From Clostridia bacterium (GTDB lineage: Bacteria; Bacillota; Clostridia; Oscillospirales; UBA644), in the NCBI GenBank assembly GCA_014872655.1, contig WHHJ01000003.1:863-64862 (forward strand): DNA of 64,000 nt, in the 5' to 3' direction. Made by a program: the position numbers and the translations under genes. Shown here piece after piece: positions 27,547 through 36,135 of this stretch. Within the stretch, counting starts at the first letter, position 1. Each line of letters starts with the position of its first letter. The notes beneath the pieces are model-generated. The model worked only from the letters and a program-made list of their open reading frames with translations. It had not been told where the DNA came from and did no database searches.

Positions 27547-28920
27547 TTGTTGGAATTTAATAAAAAGAGTAATGTGCTGGAAGAAGAGACTTATCGATAC
27601 ACACTTCAGGATGTTGCGGAGCCGAATTTATACCGGGATATTTATCCGTATACCGAAGTGCCCAGAACTGTGTTTAATCATCGTCGGGTCCCAATGCATA
27701 TGCCGGAGCATATCTGGATTACAGATACGACTTTTCGAGACGGACAGCAATCTCGAAGTCCTTATACGGTTGAGCAGATTGTTGATATTTATAAAATGTT
27801 GCATCGACTTGGCGGAGAAAAAGGCCTGATTCGGCAGACGGAATTTTTTGTTTACAGTGAAAAAGATCGTGAAGCGTTATATCGTTGCCAGGAATTAGGC
27901 TATCAATTTCCTGAAATTACAACATGGATTCGGGCAAGTAAAAAGGATTTTCAACTGGTAAAAGATATTGGAATTCGTGAAACAGGAATTTTAGTCAGTT
28001 GTTCAGACTATCACATTTTCCATAAATTAAAAATGACACGTCGGCAGGCGATGGAACATTATCTGGGCGTTGTGCAGGATGCGATTGATGCGGGATTGAG
28101 CCCGAGATGTCATTTTGAAGATATCACGCGTGCGGATTTTTATGGTTTTGTCGTTCCGTTTATCAACGAATTGATGGAAATTTATAAACAATCCGGTATT
28201 CCAGTCAAGATTCGTGCTTGCGATACGATGGGGTACGGTTTGCCGTATTCTGAAGTTTCTCCACCACGGTCTGTTCCAGGGATTATTTATGGCATTCAGC
28301 ACCTTTCGAATGTTCCATCTGAATTGCTTGAGTGGCACGGACATAACGATTTTTATAAAGGTGTAGCCAATGCCGCAACTGCATGGCTTTTCGGAGCCAG
28401 TGCCGTAAACTGTTCTTTGTTTGGTATCGGAGAAAGAACCGGCAATGTTCCGCTGGAAGCGATGGTGATAGAATATATTTCATTGCGTGGTACTGCAGAT
28501 GGAATGGATACTACTGTGATTACTGAACTTGCGGATTATTATCGCAAGAAAATCGGTTATGAAATTCCTCCCATGACGCCGTTTGTCGGGGAAAGTTTCA
28601 ACGTAACCCGAGCAGGAATTCATGCAGACGGGTTGTTAAAAGATGAGGAAATTTATAATATTTTTGATACGGGAAAAATCTTAAATAAGCCGGCTAATGT
28701 TGCCGTCAGCAATGTATCCGGGCTTGCCGGAATTGCTTTTTGGATCAACAATTATCTAAATTTAAAAGGCGATATGCGCGTGGATAAAAAGTCTGATTTG
28801 GTTGTTCGGATCAAAGAGTGGGTGGATGCTGAATATGCCTCCGGCCGTCAGACGATTATCAGTGACGGCGAATTAAAAGCATTGATTCAACAATATCAAC
28901 CGCAATTATTGCAGGATTGA
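27547..28920 (+). CDS. HMGL-like acyl-CoA:2-oxoacid condensing enzyme (homocitrate/isopropylmalate/Re-citrate synthase family); candidate Re-citrate synthase
   Basis: It has the ITDTTFRDGQQ motif, a HxH-type WHGHNDF motif, and a length of about 457 aa. The TTG start at 27547 is 7 nt after AAGGGAGGAG. Confidence 0.7.
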   Translation: MLEFNKKSNVLEEETYRYTLQDVAEPNLYRDIYPYTEVPRTVFNHRRVPMHMPEHIWITDTTFRDGQQSRSPYTVEQIVDIYKMLHRLGGEKGLIRQTEFFVYSEKDREALYRCQELGYQFPEITTWIRASKKDFQLVKDIGIRETGILVSCSDYHIFHKLKMTRRQAMEHYLGVVQDAIDAGLSPRCHFEDITRADFYGFVVPFINELMEIYKQSGIPVKIRACDTMGYGLPYSEVSPPRSVPGIIYGIQHLSNVPSELLEWHGHNDFYKGVANAATAWLFGASAVNCSLFGIGERTGNVPLEAMVIEYISLRGTADGMDTTVITELADYYRKKIGYEIPPMTPFVGESFNVTRAGIHADGLLKDEEIYNIFDTGKILNKPANVAVSNVSGLAGIAFWINNYLNLKGDMRVDKKSDLVVRIKEWVDAEYASGRQTIISDGELKALIQQYQPQLLQD

Positions 28921-29034
28921 TTGGAAATAATTGGGAACAATACTTTGCTAAATAAGAGATTTTTTGAAAAACAATTGATTTTTCAGGTTATTTGTGGTAC
29001 AATAATCATAGATATTCTGAAAAGAGGGTTGTTT

Positions 29035-29277
29035 ATGAAAAATATCCGTAAATATATTGGATCTGTTTCCATTTTTTTGGCATGCCTGATAGGCCTTTTC
29101 CCTGTAACAGCTTTTGCTGAAGGTTTTGCAACTCCTCAAACAAATGATTATATGGTGTATATTTACGTTATTGTTGCAGGTGTTGCACTGATTGCATTGC
29201 TTGCTGTTATTATTACGATGATTGTTCGGAATGCAAAACGGAAATCCGGTTCGTCAGATAATTCAAAGAAAGAATAA
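29035..29277 (+). CDS. small secreted/membrane protein (signal peptide plus one TM), unknown function
   Basis: The ATG at 29035 sits behind AAAGAGGG. The signal peptide is MKNIRKYIGSVSIFLACLIGLFPVTAFA, the TM is VYIYVIVAGVALIALLAVIITMIV, and a basic tail follows. Confidence 0.5.
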   Translation: MKNIRKYIGSVSIFLACLIGLFPVTAFAEGFATPQTNDYMVYIYVIVAGVALIALLAVIITMIVRNAKRKSGSSDNSKKE

Positions 29278-29340
29278 GCAGGCTATATATTAGTTGCTTG
29301 TAATAAGTGAATTGCTGCCAAGAAGTTTATACAAGTGTTA

Positions 29341-29387
29341 AAAAGCGTTCTTTTTGTTGTAAAAAAACAAAAAGAATGCTTTTTTAT
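29341..29387 (+). terminator. rho-independent terminator
   Basis: A 17-bp stem (AAAGCGTTCTTTTTGTT / AACAAAAAGAATGCTTT, with one G-U pair) is followed by a T run. Confidence 0.6.
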
Positions 29388-29483
29388 AGAATGTGTTTTT
29401 TCGGGCTATTTAATGTGTTTTTTCATTTTTTTATGTGTTATGAAATTGTTTCATTTTATTGCATTTTTTTTATGCTTTATGTA

Positions 29484-29512
29484 TTGCAATCTTGACGATA
29501 ATGTTGTATAAT
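29484..29512 (+). promoter_or_regulatory. sigmaA-type promoter of the large surface-protein gene
   Basis: TTGCAA (29484-29489), 17 nt, then TATAAT (29507-29512). The implied transcription start excludes the tracked start at 29511. Confidence 0.55.
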
Positions 29513-29585
29513 GATTATATCTGTTATAGTATATTTAAACATTTTTTATATAAGTTTTTATGAAAATGTGAGGAGAGTAGTGTTA

Positions 29586-32339
29586 ATGAGGAACGGACTG
29601 AAACGTTTTATTGCGGGAGCAGCGGCGGCAGCGATTTCTGTATCGATCTTTGCCTCCATATCTTTTGCTATTTCCGCAGAAGAAACAGATTTGACAACAA
29701 ACATTCTTGATTACAGCAGTTTAAACACTGTCAGCCTTGGCGAGACCGGGTACATAGATGTAGATGACGACGGCTTTGTTGTAAATTTAGATGGCTCAAA
29801 GTCAAGTATCAGTTTCTTCGGAGTAGATTATTCGCTCTCCTCTAACGGTTTACCCACCACAGATGAACAACTAAGTCAGATGCTCGGTGAATTGTCTCGG
29901 CATGGAGTAAATTTAATCCGGCTGCAAGATTGCTATTCTTATTTTATGTTATTGGCTAACGAGTTAGATGAGAACAAGATGGTTCTTTTTGATCGTTTCT
30001 TAGCTGCTCTTCGGGACCATGGGATGTATGTGGAATTGGATATGTTCACACAGGCTTCGTTAGGCGCGAACGGAATTGCGATGTTGATTGATGATACCGT
30101 TATCGCAAGAGCTGAACGGTTTTTTAAGCGGTTTTTAGATCGAGTAAATACAGTAAATGGTCAATATTATGCAACGGATACAGTGATTGCTTTTATTAAA
30201 TATGTCTCGGATTCATCTATCGGATGGATTTCATCTGGGGATGATGTTTCGGCTTATAGTGCAGCTTTGCAGCCTTTATTCAATAAGTGGCTGCTTGAAA
30301 AGTATGATGATCGAGTAGCCTTGAATATTGCTTGGAAAAATGCAGATGGATCTGCTGTATTAGGCGCGGAAGAAGATCCTGAAAAGGGGACCGTTGCGAT
30401 AGGCTCTTTTGCTGTTGGAGGCGAATTGACCGTTCCGCAAGACACTACGGGATATATCAGAACTGCTGATTTTTATGCTTTTTTATGTGAATATGCTCAA
30501 ACTAAATTTGATGAGTTAGTTGCCTATTGTCGGTCTTTGGGGTATCGGTCTCCGGTTATTTGTTCGGATACGTCTATTGGGCCGATCAGCACGGAATTAA
30601 GTGCGTTGGGCGGGGTTTCCGCAAAGAATATTACTTATACTTCAGATATGACGGTACAAACGGCTATGCAGCAGGCGGTTACAGGGGCTGTTAGTGGGAT
30701 GCCGTATATTGTCTCTTGGGATTTATCGGCTGATTTGCCAGCAAAGACGGATTTATTTACAAAATTGGTTTCATATTCTTCGATGCAGGGATTTGATGCG
30801 TTTATTGTTGGCGATTATAGTTTAAATGATACCGCCGGAGTTTATAATGTAAAAAATGATACGAATATATGGCCTCAATCCGGTTTGATGGCAACTATTT
30901 TCCGGTATCATTTTGTAAAAGAAGCGCAGAACCAGGTCGAAGTTGTATACGATCGGTATGGAAAGATGATGGAAAAGGGCATGTTTGGGAGTGCCGGATC
31001 TCCTGCCGCGTTAATATCCAAAGTCGGTTTTTCTTATATGGATACGGAATACGATGGAAATGGCGATATTGTAATTGCTTCTGGAAATAGCGCCAGCGGT
31101 ATTTATGAAGAAGCAAAAACAGCTATTATTCAGTCTTATGAGAATTTCACATCACCGGCGTTTTATGATACCAAAAAGGAATCCTGGTATAATCGGCAAG
31201 GCTTATTATCCGCTATCGACAGTTTTGATATTGAGGGAAAAGAAGTTTATATCGGAGAAGGCAAGGCGATCTTGCCTACAGGTATGATCGAGTCTGTGTC
31301 TGAATACACCTCTGTGCTTCGCACACTGGGTGTTTTTGATGATACGATGGGCGCCGTAGGGGATACGATTGTTTCGGATACAAATCAAGTAACCTATAAT
31401 CTACAAACTGATTCTATGGTAGTCGATGGAAATCGTGTTAGTATCTTCTCTGGAGATCTTTCCGGAGACCTGAGCACTGAAAATATTTCTATTTCCGGTT
31501 TTAGCGGACGTGGAACGATTGTGGTATATGGGTTAGGCGAAGGTGTTTCTTCGGAGACGGCAAGCGAATTTCAAATTTATGCTGTAGATGAGAATGGAAA
31601 TCCCGGATTGACCGGTGAGGTTCGTATTAAACGAGCAGATTCGACGGTTTCTGCTTATAAAGTTGGTGCAGATGGAATCGTTACTTCAGATGCGTTGGAG
31701 AGTAATAGTGATGATGCTGCTGATTTATTGACTATCCGTCTGGACGGATCCAATGCATACTATATGGCCCGTATTGCGGATGTGGATTTGGACGCGTCTT
31801 TGGAAGGTTATGATATCGAGGCTCCTTTCCCTGATCGCTCTATGATCATGGTTATCATCTTTGTCCCTGGTATTATTATTTTGGTAATAGCTTATCTGAT
31901 ATTGCTTTATATGGATAATCGAAAGGTTAAGCACGAGGCCGCGCTCCGTAAGGCAACGCTTGAGAAGAAGATGAAACAGCGCTCTTTCCATGTTCAAACA
32001 TTCCAGCGTGCGGTTGAAAAGGAAGATACGACGAATACGGTCTTGTTAAATTCTGGAAAACGTGCGAAGTATGAAGTTTACGATCCGCAAGAAGAAGAGA
32101 ACGTGGATCCGAAGTGGCGCTTTAATGTAGAATGGACACCCGCTCCGGAACAACGAGTTATTCGTATTACGAAAGAGCAGGAAGAGCAAGTTCTTGCACA
32201 TAATGAACAGCTTGAAAAGGAAACGGCTGAAAAAGAAAATGCAGAAAAGGCTACAGCAAGTGCAGAATCTGCAGACTCTAATTCAAAGCTGAATTCTAAA
32301 AATGATTCTGAAAAACAGGATAAGAAAAAGAAAAAATAA
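29586..32339 (+). CDS. large cell-surface protein: signal peptide, ectodomain of about 750 aa (glycosidase-like TIM-barrel hints), one TM, Lys/Glu-rich cytoplasmic tail of about 140 aa
   Basis: The ATG at 29586 sits behind GAGGAG. The signal peptide is MRNGLKRFIAGAAAAAISVSIFASISFAISA, and the TM is MIMVIIFVPGIIILVIAYLILLYM (31842-31913). The tail ends in KQDKKKKK. No confident family call is possible. Confidence 0.6.
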   Translation: MRNGLKRFIAGAAAAAISVSIFASISFAISAEETDLTTNILDYSSLNTVSLGETGYIDVDDDGFVVNLDGSKSSISFFGVDYSLSSNGLPTTDEQLSQMLGELSRHGVNLIRLQDCYSYFMLLANELDENKMVLFDRFLAALRDHGMYVELDMFTQASLGANGIAMLIDDTVIARAERFFKRFLDRVNTVNGQYYATDTVIAFIKYVSDSSIGWISSGDDVSAYSAALQPLFNKWLLEKYDDRVALNIAWKNADGSAVLGAEEDPEKGTVAIGSFAVGGELTVPQDTTGYIRTADFYAFLCEYAQTKFDELVAYCRSLGYRSPVICSDTSIGPISTELSALGGVSAKNITYTSDMTVQTAMQQAVTGAVSGMPYIVSWDLSADLPAKTDLFTKLVSYSSMQGFDAFIVGDYSLNDTAGVYNVKNDTNIWPQSGLMATIFRYHFVKEAQNQVEVVYDRYGKMMEKGMFGSAGSPAALISKVGFSYMDTEYDGNGDIVIASGNSASGIYEEAKTAIIQSYENFTSPAFYDTKKESWYNRQGLLSAIDSFDIEGKEVYIGEGKAILPTGMIESVSEYTSVLRTLGVFDDTMGAVGDTIVSDTNQVTYNLQTDSMVVDGNRVSIFSGDLSGDLSTENISISGFSGRGTIVVYGLGEGVSSETASEFQIYAVDENGNPGLTGEVRIKRADSTVSAYKVGADGIVTSDALESNSDDAADLLTIRLDGSNAYYMARIADVDLDASLEGYDIEAPFPDRSMIMVIIFVPGIIILVIAYLILLYMDNRKVKHEAALRKATLEKKMKQRSFHVQTFQRAVEKEDTTNTVLLNSGKRAKYEVYDPQEEENVDPKWRFNVEWTPAPEQRVIRITKEQEEQVLAHNEQLEKETAEKENAEKATASAESADSNSKLNSKNDSEKQDKKKKK

Positions 32340-32347
32340 AAAGTAAA

Positions 32348-32377
32348 CAGAGCAGCTCTGAAATCAGAGCTGCTCTG
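32348..32377 (+). terminator. perfect 13-bp hairpin after the large gene (no T tract)
   Basis: The hairpin is CAGAGCAGCTCTG aaat CAGAGCTGCTCTG. Confidence 0.4.
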
Positions 32378-32398
32378 ATATTAGGAGTCTTTACTGTT

Positions 32399-32794
32399 AT
32401 GAAATGGAAAATGTCTTATTTGGTTTATGTGGTTCCCATTGCTGTTTCTGTTTTGATTACAATTATTTCGTGTCTAGCGGCATCTTCCGGTATCTCACAG
32501 TTTTTAATTTTTGTATCAGTGATTTTAAGCAGTATTGTGTATAGTATCTGGTTTGTCGTGCAGTCTTTATTGCTTCGACCGTTTCGACCTCGATCCATCA
32601 TCATTATGCTGGCCGTGAACGTGTTGAGCGTTTTAGGGTGTTGTATTCCATTTATCATTTCTTATACCTGGGAAGAATTTATGAATGGTGATCCTTTCCT
32701 GATCCTTTCTGCCATGCTGATTCTTAGTATGGGCATTACAGGAATTGGCGGCGTTGTGGTTTGGATTTATAAAAAGATTTTTGATCGTACATAA
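32399..32794 (+). CDS. polytopic small membrane protein, unknown function
   Basis: The 131-aa ORF has four hydrophobic segments. Confidence 0.55.
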   Translation: MKWKMSYLVYVVPIAVSVLITIISCLAASSGISQFLIFVSVILSSIVYSIWFVVQSLLLRPFRPRSIIIMLAVNVLSVLGCCIPFIISYTWEEFMNGDPFLILSAMLILSMGITGIGGVVVWIYKKIFDRT

Positions 32795-32812
32795 TCGTTA
32801 TTATTATATAAA

Positions 32813-32844
32813 GAAAACAGCAGGATTTCACCTGCTGTTTTTTA
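32813..32844 (+). terminator. rho-independent terminator
   Basis: The stem AAAACAGCAGG / CCTGCTGTTTT is followed by a T run. Confidence 0.7.
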
Positions 32845-32963
32845 GTATTAAATACTGATTATCAACCTAAAGCTTTCCAATAAAATAACGATTTTAGGAG
32901 CATGCACTTTACTTTTTAATAAATAAAACGTTTCTTAATGAATAACTTCGAGTATTAAACAAA

Positions 32964-34316
32964 CTAAGCCTCAGTTTGAGGTAGATGTTTTTTCCATGTT
33001 CCTGCAGCATAAAATACTAAGGCTACAATCATACCCAATACCCAACCAATTGGCCATGATAACCATACGCCTACTTCATTTAACCCGGTGCCTAAGGCTA
33101 AGACATATGAGATGCCGACACGTAGGATAAGATCGGTAAACGTAGATGCTGTAAAGGCCCAGACGCAGGATGCTCCGCGCAGAACCCCGTCTGTCATTAC
33201 TTTGATACTGACAATGGGATAAAAAGGTGTAACAATGAATAAATATTGTTTGGCTACTTCAATAGCTGCTTGACCATCAGACTGGTTCATGAACAATCCG
33301 GACATCGTTCCGCCAAAACCAATGAAAGCAACCATAAACGGAATTGCAACACAAGCCGCAAGCCCGAAGCTTGCACGGTAGCCTTTACGTACGCGATCCG
33401 CATTCATCGCTCCGATATTTTGAGCCGTAAAGCCGGATACCCCAGTACTTAACGTATTAAAGCATGTTACAGCAAAGGTATTGAGCTTTACCGCTGCAGA
33501 ATATCCTGCAATGACGGAAACACTGAAACGGTTGACGAGTCCTTGAATAAATAAATTACCAATACTGATAAAGCTTTGCTGCAAGATGGACGGGATTGCT
33601 AATTTACTGATTTGCCCCAACATGGGCAGTGAAAACCATTCGGATTTTTCTGTGGTTTTGATTTTTCTTAACCGGAAGAAAGCCGTAATAAACGCACAGA
33701 TGGCGGCGATTCCTTGGCATAAAAAGGTGGCCCAGGCGACGCCTGCAACGCCCATTTGAAAGACGGTAACAAATAAAATATCTACTCCGATATTGGAAAG
33801 GGAAGATGCTATTAGAAAATAAAGCGGTGTCTTACTATCACCCAATGCAGTAAAAATACCGGTACAGATATTATAGGCAAATAAGAAAAACAACCCATAT
33901 ATATAAATATTCAAATAGGTCATAGAATCGGCCATAATATCGTTGGGTGTATTTAATAATACAAGAAACGGTCGGCAAGTTAAAAGTCCAACCCCTGTTA
34001 AAATCAGACTTAATGATAAAGTCGTAATGAGGGAGGTGTTGATAGCCGTTTTCATTTTGGTGTGTTCTTTTGCTCCGAATAGCTGACTGATTACAACACT
34101 TCCTCCAACATTACAGCCTTGTGCAAAGGCCATAAAAATCATGGTAATAGGGTAGGACGCTCCTACGGCGGCCAGTGCATTGACGCCTACAAATTGTCCG
34201 GCAATCACACTGTCGGCAATATTATATAATTGCTGAAATACAATACTGAACAGTAAGGGCAACGAATAATTCCAGAGAATCTTTGTCGGGTTGCCGGTTG
34301 TCATGTCTTTGATCAT
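32964..34316 (-). CDS. MATE-family efflux transporter
   Basis: The 450-aa ORF has 12-TM character and a typical MATE N-terminus (GNPTKILWNYSLPLLFSIVFQQLYNIADSVIAG). Confidence 0.85.
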   Translation of the reverse strand: MIKDMTTGNPTKILWNYSLPLLFSIVFQQLYNIADSVIAGQFVGVNALAAVGASYPITMIFMAFAQGCNVGGSVVISQLFGAKEHTKMKTAINTSLITTLSLSLILTGVGLLTCRPFLVLLNTPNDIMADSMTYLNIYIYGLFFLFAYNICTGIFTALGDSKTPLYFLIASSLSNIGVDILFVTVFQMGVAGVAWATFLCQGIAAICAFITAFFRLRKIKTTEKSEWFSLPMLGQISKLAIPSILQQSFISIGNLFIQGLVNRFSVSVIAGYSAAVKLNTFAVTCFNTLSTGVSGFTAQNIGAMNADRVRKGYRASFGLAACVAIPFMVAFIGFGGTMSGLFMNQSDGQAAIEVAKQYLFIVTPFYPIVSIKVMTDGVLRGASCVWAFTASTFTDLILRVGISYVLALGTGLNEVGVWLSWPIGWVLGMIVALVFYAAGTWKKHLPQTEA

Positions 34317-34415
34317 GGTTTCATCATCTTCTCTATTTTATCTATTCTTATTATACAAAATACTTGTGACAAAAGTATAGTAGGTTGCCCAAATATTATC
34401 TTGCTTGATAAAAAT

Positions 34416-35564
34416 TTAATTTTTCCATGGGTTTTTAGGATCGGGGTCTGTTGGATCCCAACCTTTATTGGGGTCTGTTTCGTCAATTATTTGAATGGTT
34501 GGCTTTGTGATGTTTCCCAAATCCTCACTGTCGTATATTTCAACCGTAGTCCCTGATTTACAATTATCGTAAATCCATTTGGCATCTTGGGCTGTCAGAC
34601 GAATGCAGCCCATAGAGGCATCTGTTCCGAGCTTGTTGTATTCCCAGTATTCCAAGGTGTCTTTCTGCTGTTGGGTATAGGGAACCGAGTGGAACAGAAT
34701 ATGTCCCGTGATTCGGGTTGCATATTGACCATATACATTGCCGAATAATAACCTCCAAGTATATTTGTCACTGGTTTTGAAAGTTCCTGTTGGTGTCGCA
34801 TCTCCGGTAGAGCATAAAAACACCTTTTTTAAAGAAGTGTATTGATTATTTTGATCTAATCCATAAACTTCAACCACATTTTGCAATCGATTTACTTTGA
34901 TATAGTATGGATTTTTTTCGGTGGGGGGTTCTGCAGTTGAACTTTCATTTTTTTGCGAAGACTTTTTCACGATCAGTTCAAAGGCTTGTGTGGATGTATT
35001 TCCGCTTTCGTCCATGACTACATATTGAAGGGGGTAAGTTCCGGCCTTTTTGCTGTCATATGTTCCGCTGACACTGACTGTGACGGATTTCTGTGAATTA
35101 TCTGTAGCCGTAACATATTCAGAAAAATTCGGAACATCTCCTTCGTTAACGGTTACGGATTGTTGATATTTTGTAATGACCGGCGGCGTTGTGTCTACAA
35201 TGTGGAGTTGAAACGAAAAGCTCTTCTCTTCGCCGTTCTGATTTTTTGCCGTTACGGTCTGTTCTTGGTTCCCGACTTGAGAAGTATCAATTTTTCGATT
35301 TTCGGTCACAAGTTGCCCGTTTTGTACTTGTTCGATAAAGTCATACAACATTGCCTGCGTGCCTATTTCGATAGAGGGGTTTTCTTGAAAATCTACAGTA
35401 ACATCCGCAATGGAAGAGTCGCTTGTTGTAGATGTTTTTGTATTTTGAAAAAGTAATACCGTAATAACAGCGGCTGCAATCAATGCAATCATACAGCCGA
35501 GAACACAACAAATAATGATCTTTTTTTTCTTAGATGAATGACGCTTTTTTTGAATACGGGGCAT
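34416..35564 (-). CDS. membrane-anchored L,D-transpeptidase (YkuD domain) with Ig-like repeat region
   Basis: The protein has an N-terminal TM, Ig-like segments (DTTPPVI...) and the C-terminal YkuD signature HILFHSVPY...DASMGCIRL. Confidence 0.8.
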   Translation of the reverse strand: MPRIQKKRHSSKKKKIIICCVLGCMIALIAAAVITVLLFQNTKTSTTSDSSIADVTVDFQENPSIEIGTQAMLYDFIEQVQNGQLVTENRKIDTSQVGNQEQTVTAKNQNGEEKSFSFQLHIVDTTPPVITKYQQSVTVNEGDVPNFSEYVTATDNSQKSVTVSVSGTYDSKKAGTYPLQYVVMDESGNTSTQAFELIVKKSSQKNESSTAEPPTEKNPYYIKVNRLQNVVEVYGLDQNNQYTSLKKVFLCSTGDATPTGTFKTSDKYTWRLLFGNVYGQYATRITGHILFHSVPYTQQQKDTLEYWEYNKLGTDASMGCIRLTAQDAKWIYDNCKSGTTVEIYDSEDLGNITKPTIQIIDETDPNKGWDPTDPDPKNPWKN

Positions 35565-35601
35565 TTTTTTGCTCCTTTATGTTATTTTATTCTCTGTTTT
35601 T

Positions 35602-35630
35602 ATTATACACGCTTCTTGTTTTTTTGTCAA
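35602..35630 (-). promoter_or_regulatory. sigmaA-type promoter of the L,D-transpeptidase gene
   Basis: The minus strand reads TTGACA (35630-35625), 17 nt, then TATAAT (35607-35602). Confidence 0.55.
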
Positions 35631-35636
35631 TAAACA

Positions 35637-35665
35637 TTGACAAATGGCGAAAAACAAGTTATACT
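35637..35665 (+). promoter_or_regulatory. sigmaA-type promoter of the VOC gene
   Basis: TTGACA (35637-35642), 17 nt, then TATACT (35660-35665). Confidence 0.55.
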
Positions 35666-35692
35666 GAAAAAAACACGAAAGGACTGAACGGT

Positions 35693-36088
35693 ATGCTGAA
35701 GAATAGAAAATTACAACACATTGGTTTTCCGGTAAACGATATCGAAAAGACCACCGACTGGTATGTAAATGTGTTGGGCTTTGAAGTTGTGAATGAGGCA
35801 ACAACACCCGATGGAAAAGTTCCCATTAAATTTATTAAAAATGGAACAACCGTATATGAACTGTATCAACCGGAGCAGCCGCTGGATGAACAGATTGCAA
35901 AAAAAATCGATCACCTCTGTTATGATTCCCAAAATATTGAAGAAGATTATGACTTTTGTGTTAAAGCAGGATATACGATCACAACGCAGGGAATTGAACA
36001 GCTGGAAACAGTGTGGGAAAACGGCGTGCGGTATTTTAAAATAGCCGGTCCGTCCGGAGAAGAAGTTGAATTTTGTCAGATTTTGTAA
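35693..36088 (+). CDS. VOC/glyoxalase-family protein
   Basis: The ATG at 35693 sits behind GAAAGGAC. LQHIGFPVNDIEKTTDWY is a typical VOC N-terminal beta-alpha-beta motif. The tracked upstream extension overlaps the divergent promoter region. Confidence 0.75.
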   Translation: MLKNRKLQHIGFPVNDIEKTTDWYVNVLGFEVVNEATTPDGKVPIKFIKNGTTVYELYQPEQPLDEQIAKKIDHLCYDSQNIEEDYDFCVKAGYTITTQGIEQLETVWENGVRYFKIAGPSGEEVEFCQIL

Positions 36089-36126
36089 GAAAAAGAGGTA
36101 TGTTTTCAGGCATACCTCTTTTTTTG
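36089..36126. terminator. bidirectional rho-independent terminator between the convergent VOC and pepP genes
   Basis: The structure is an A run, AGAGGTATG, a loop, CATACCTCT, then a T run. Confidence 0.7.
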
Positions 36127-36135
36127 TATCTCTTT

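Noticed and set aside
28921-29034. Tracked upstream extension of the small membrane protein (118 aa)
   Set aside because: The extension begins on a TTG directly at the preceding gene's stop and has no SD. The internal ATG at 29035 has an SD and yields a clean signal peptide.
29307-29495. 62-aa Cys/Phe-rich ORF in the AT-rich spacer
   Set aside because: It has a GTG start without an SD. It spans a 17-bp terminator hairpin and the promoter of the downstream gene. Its composition simply reflects T-rich DNA.
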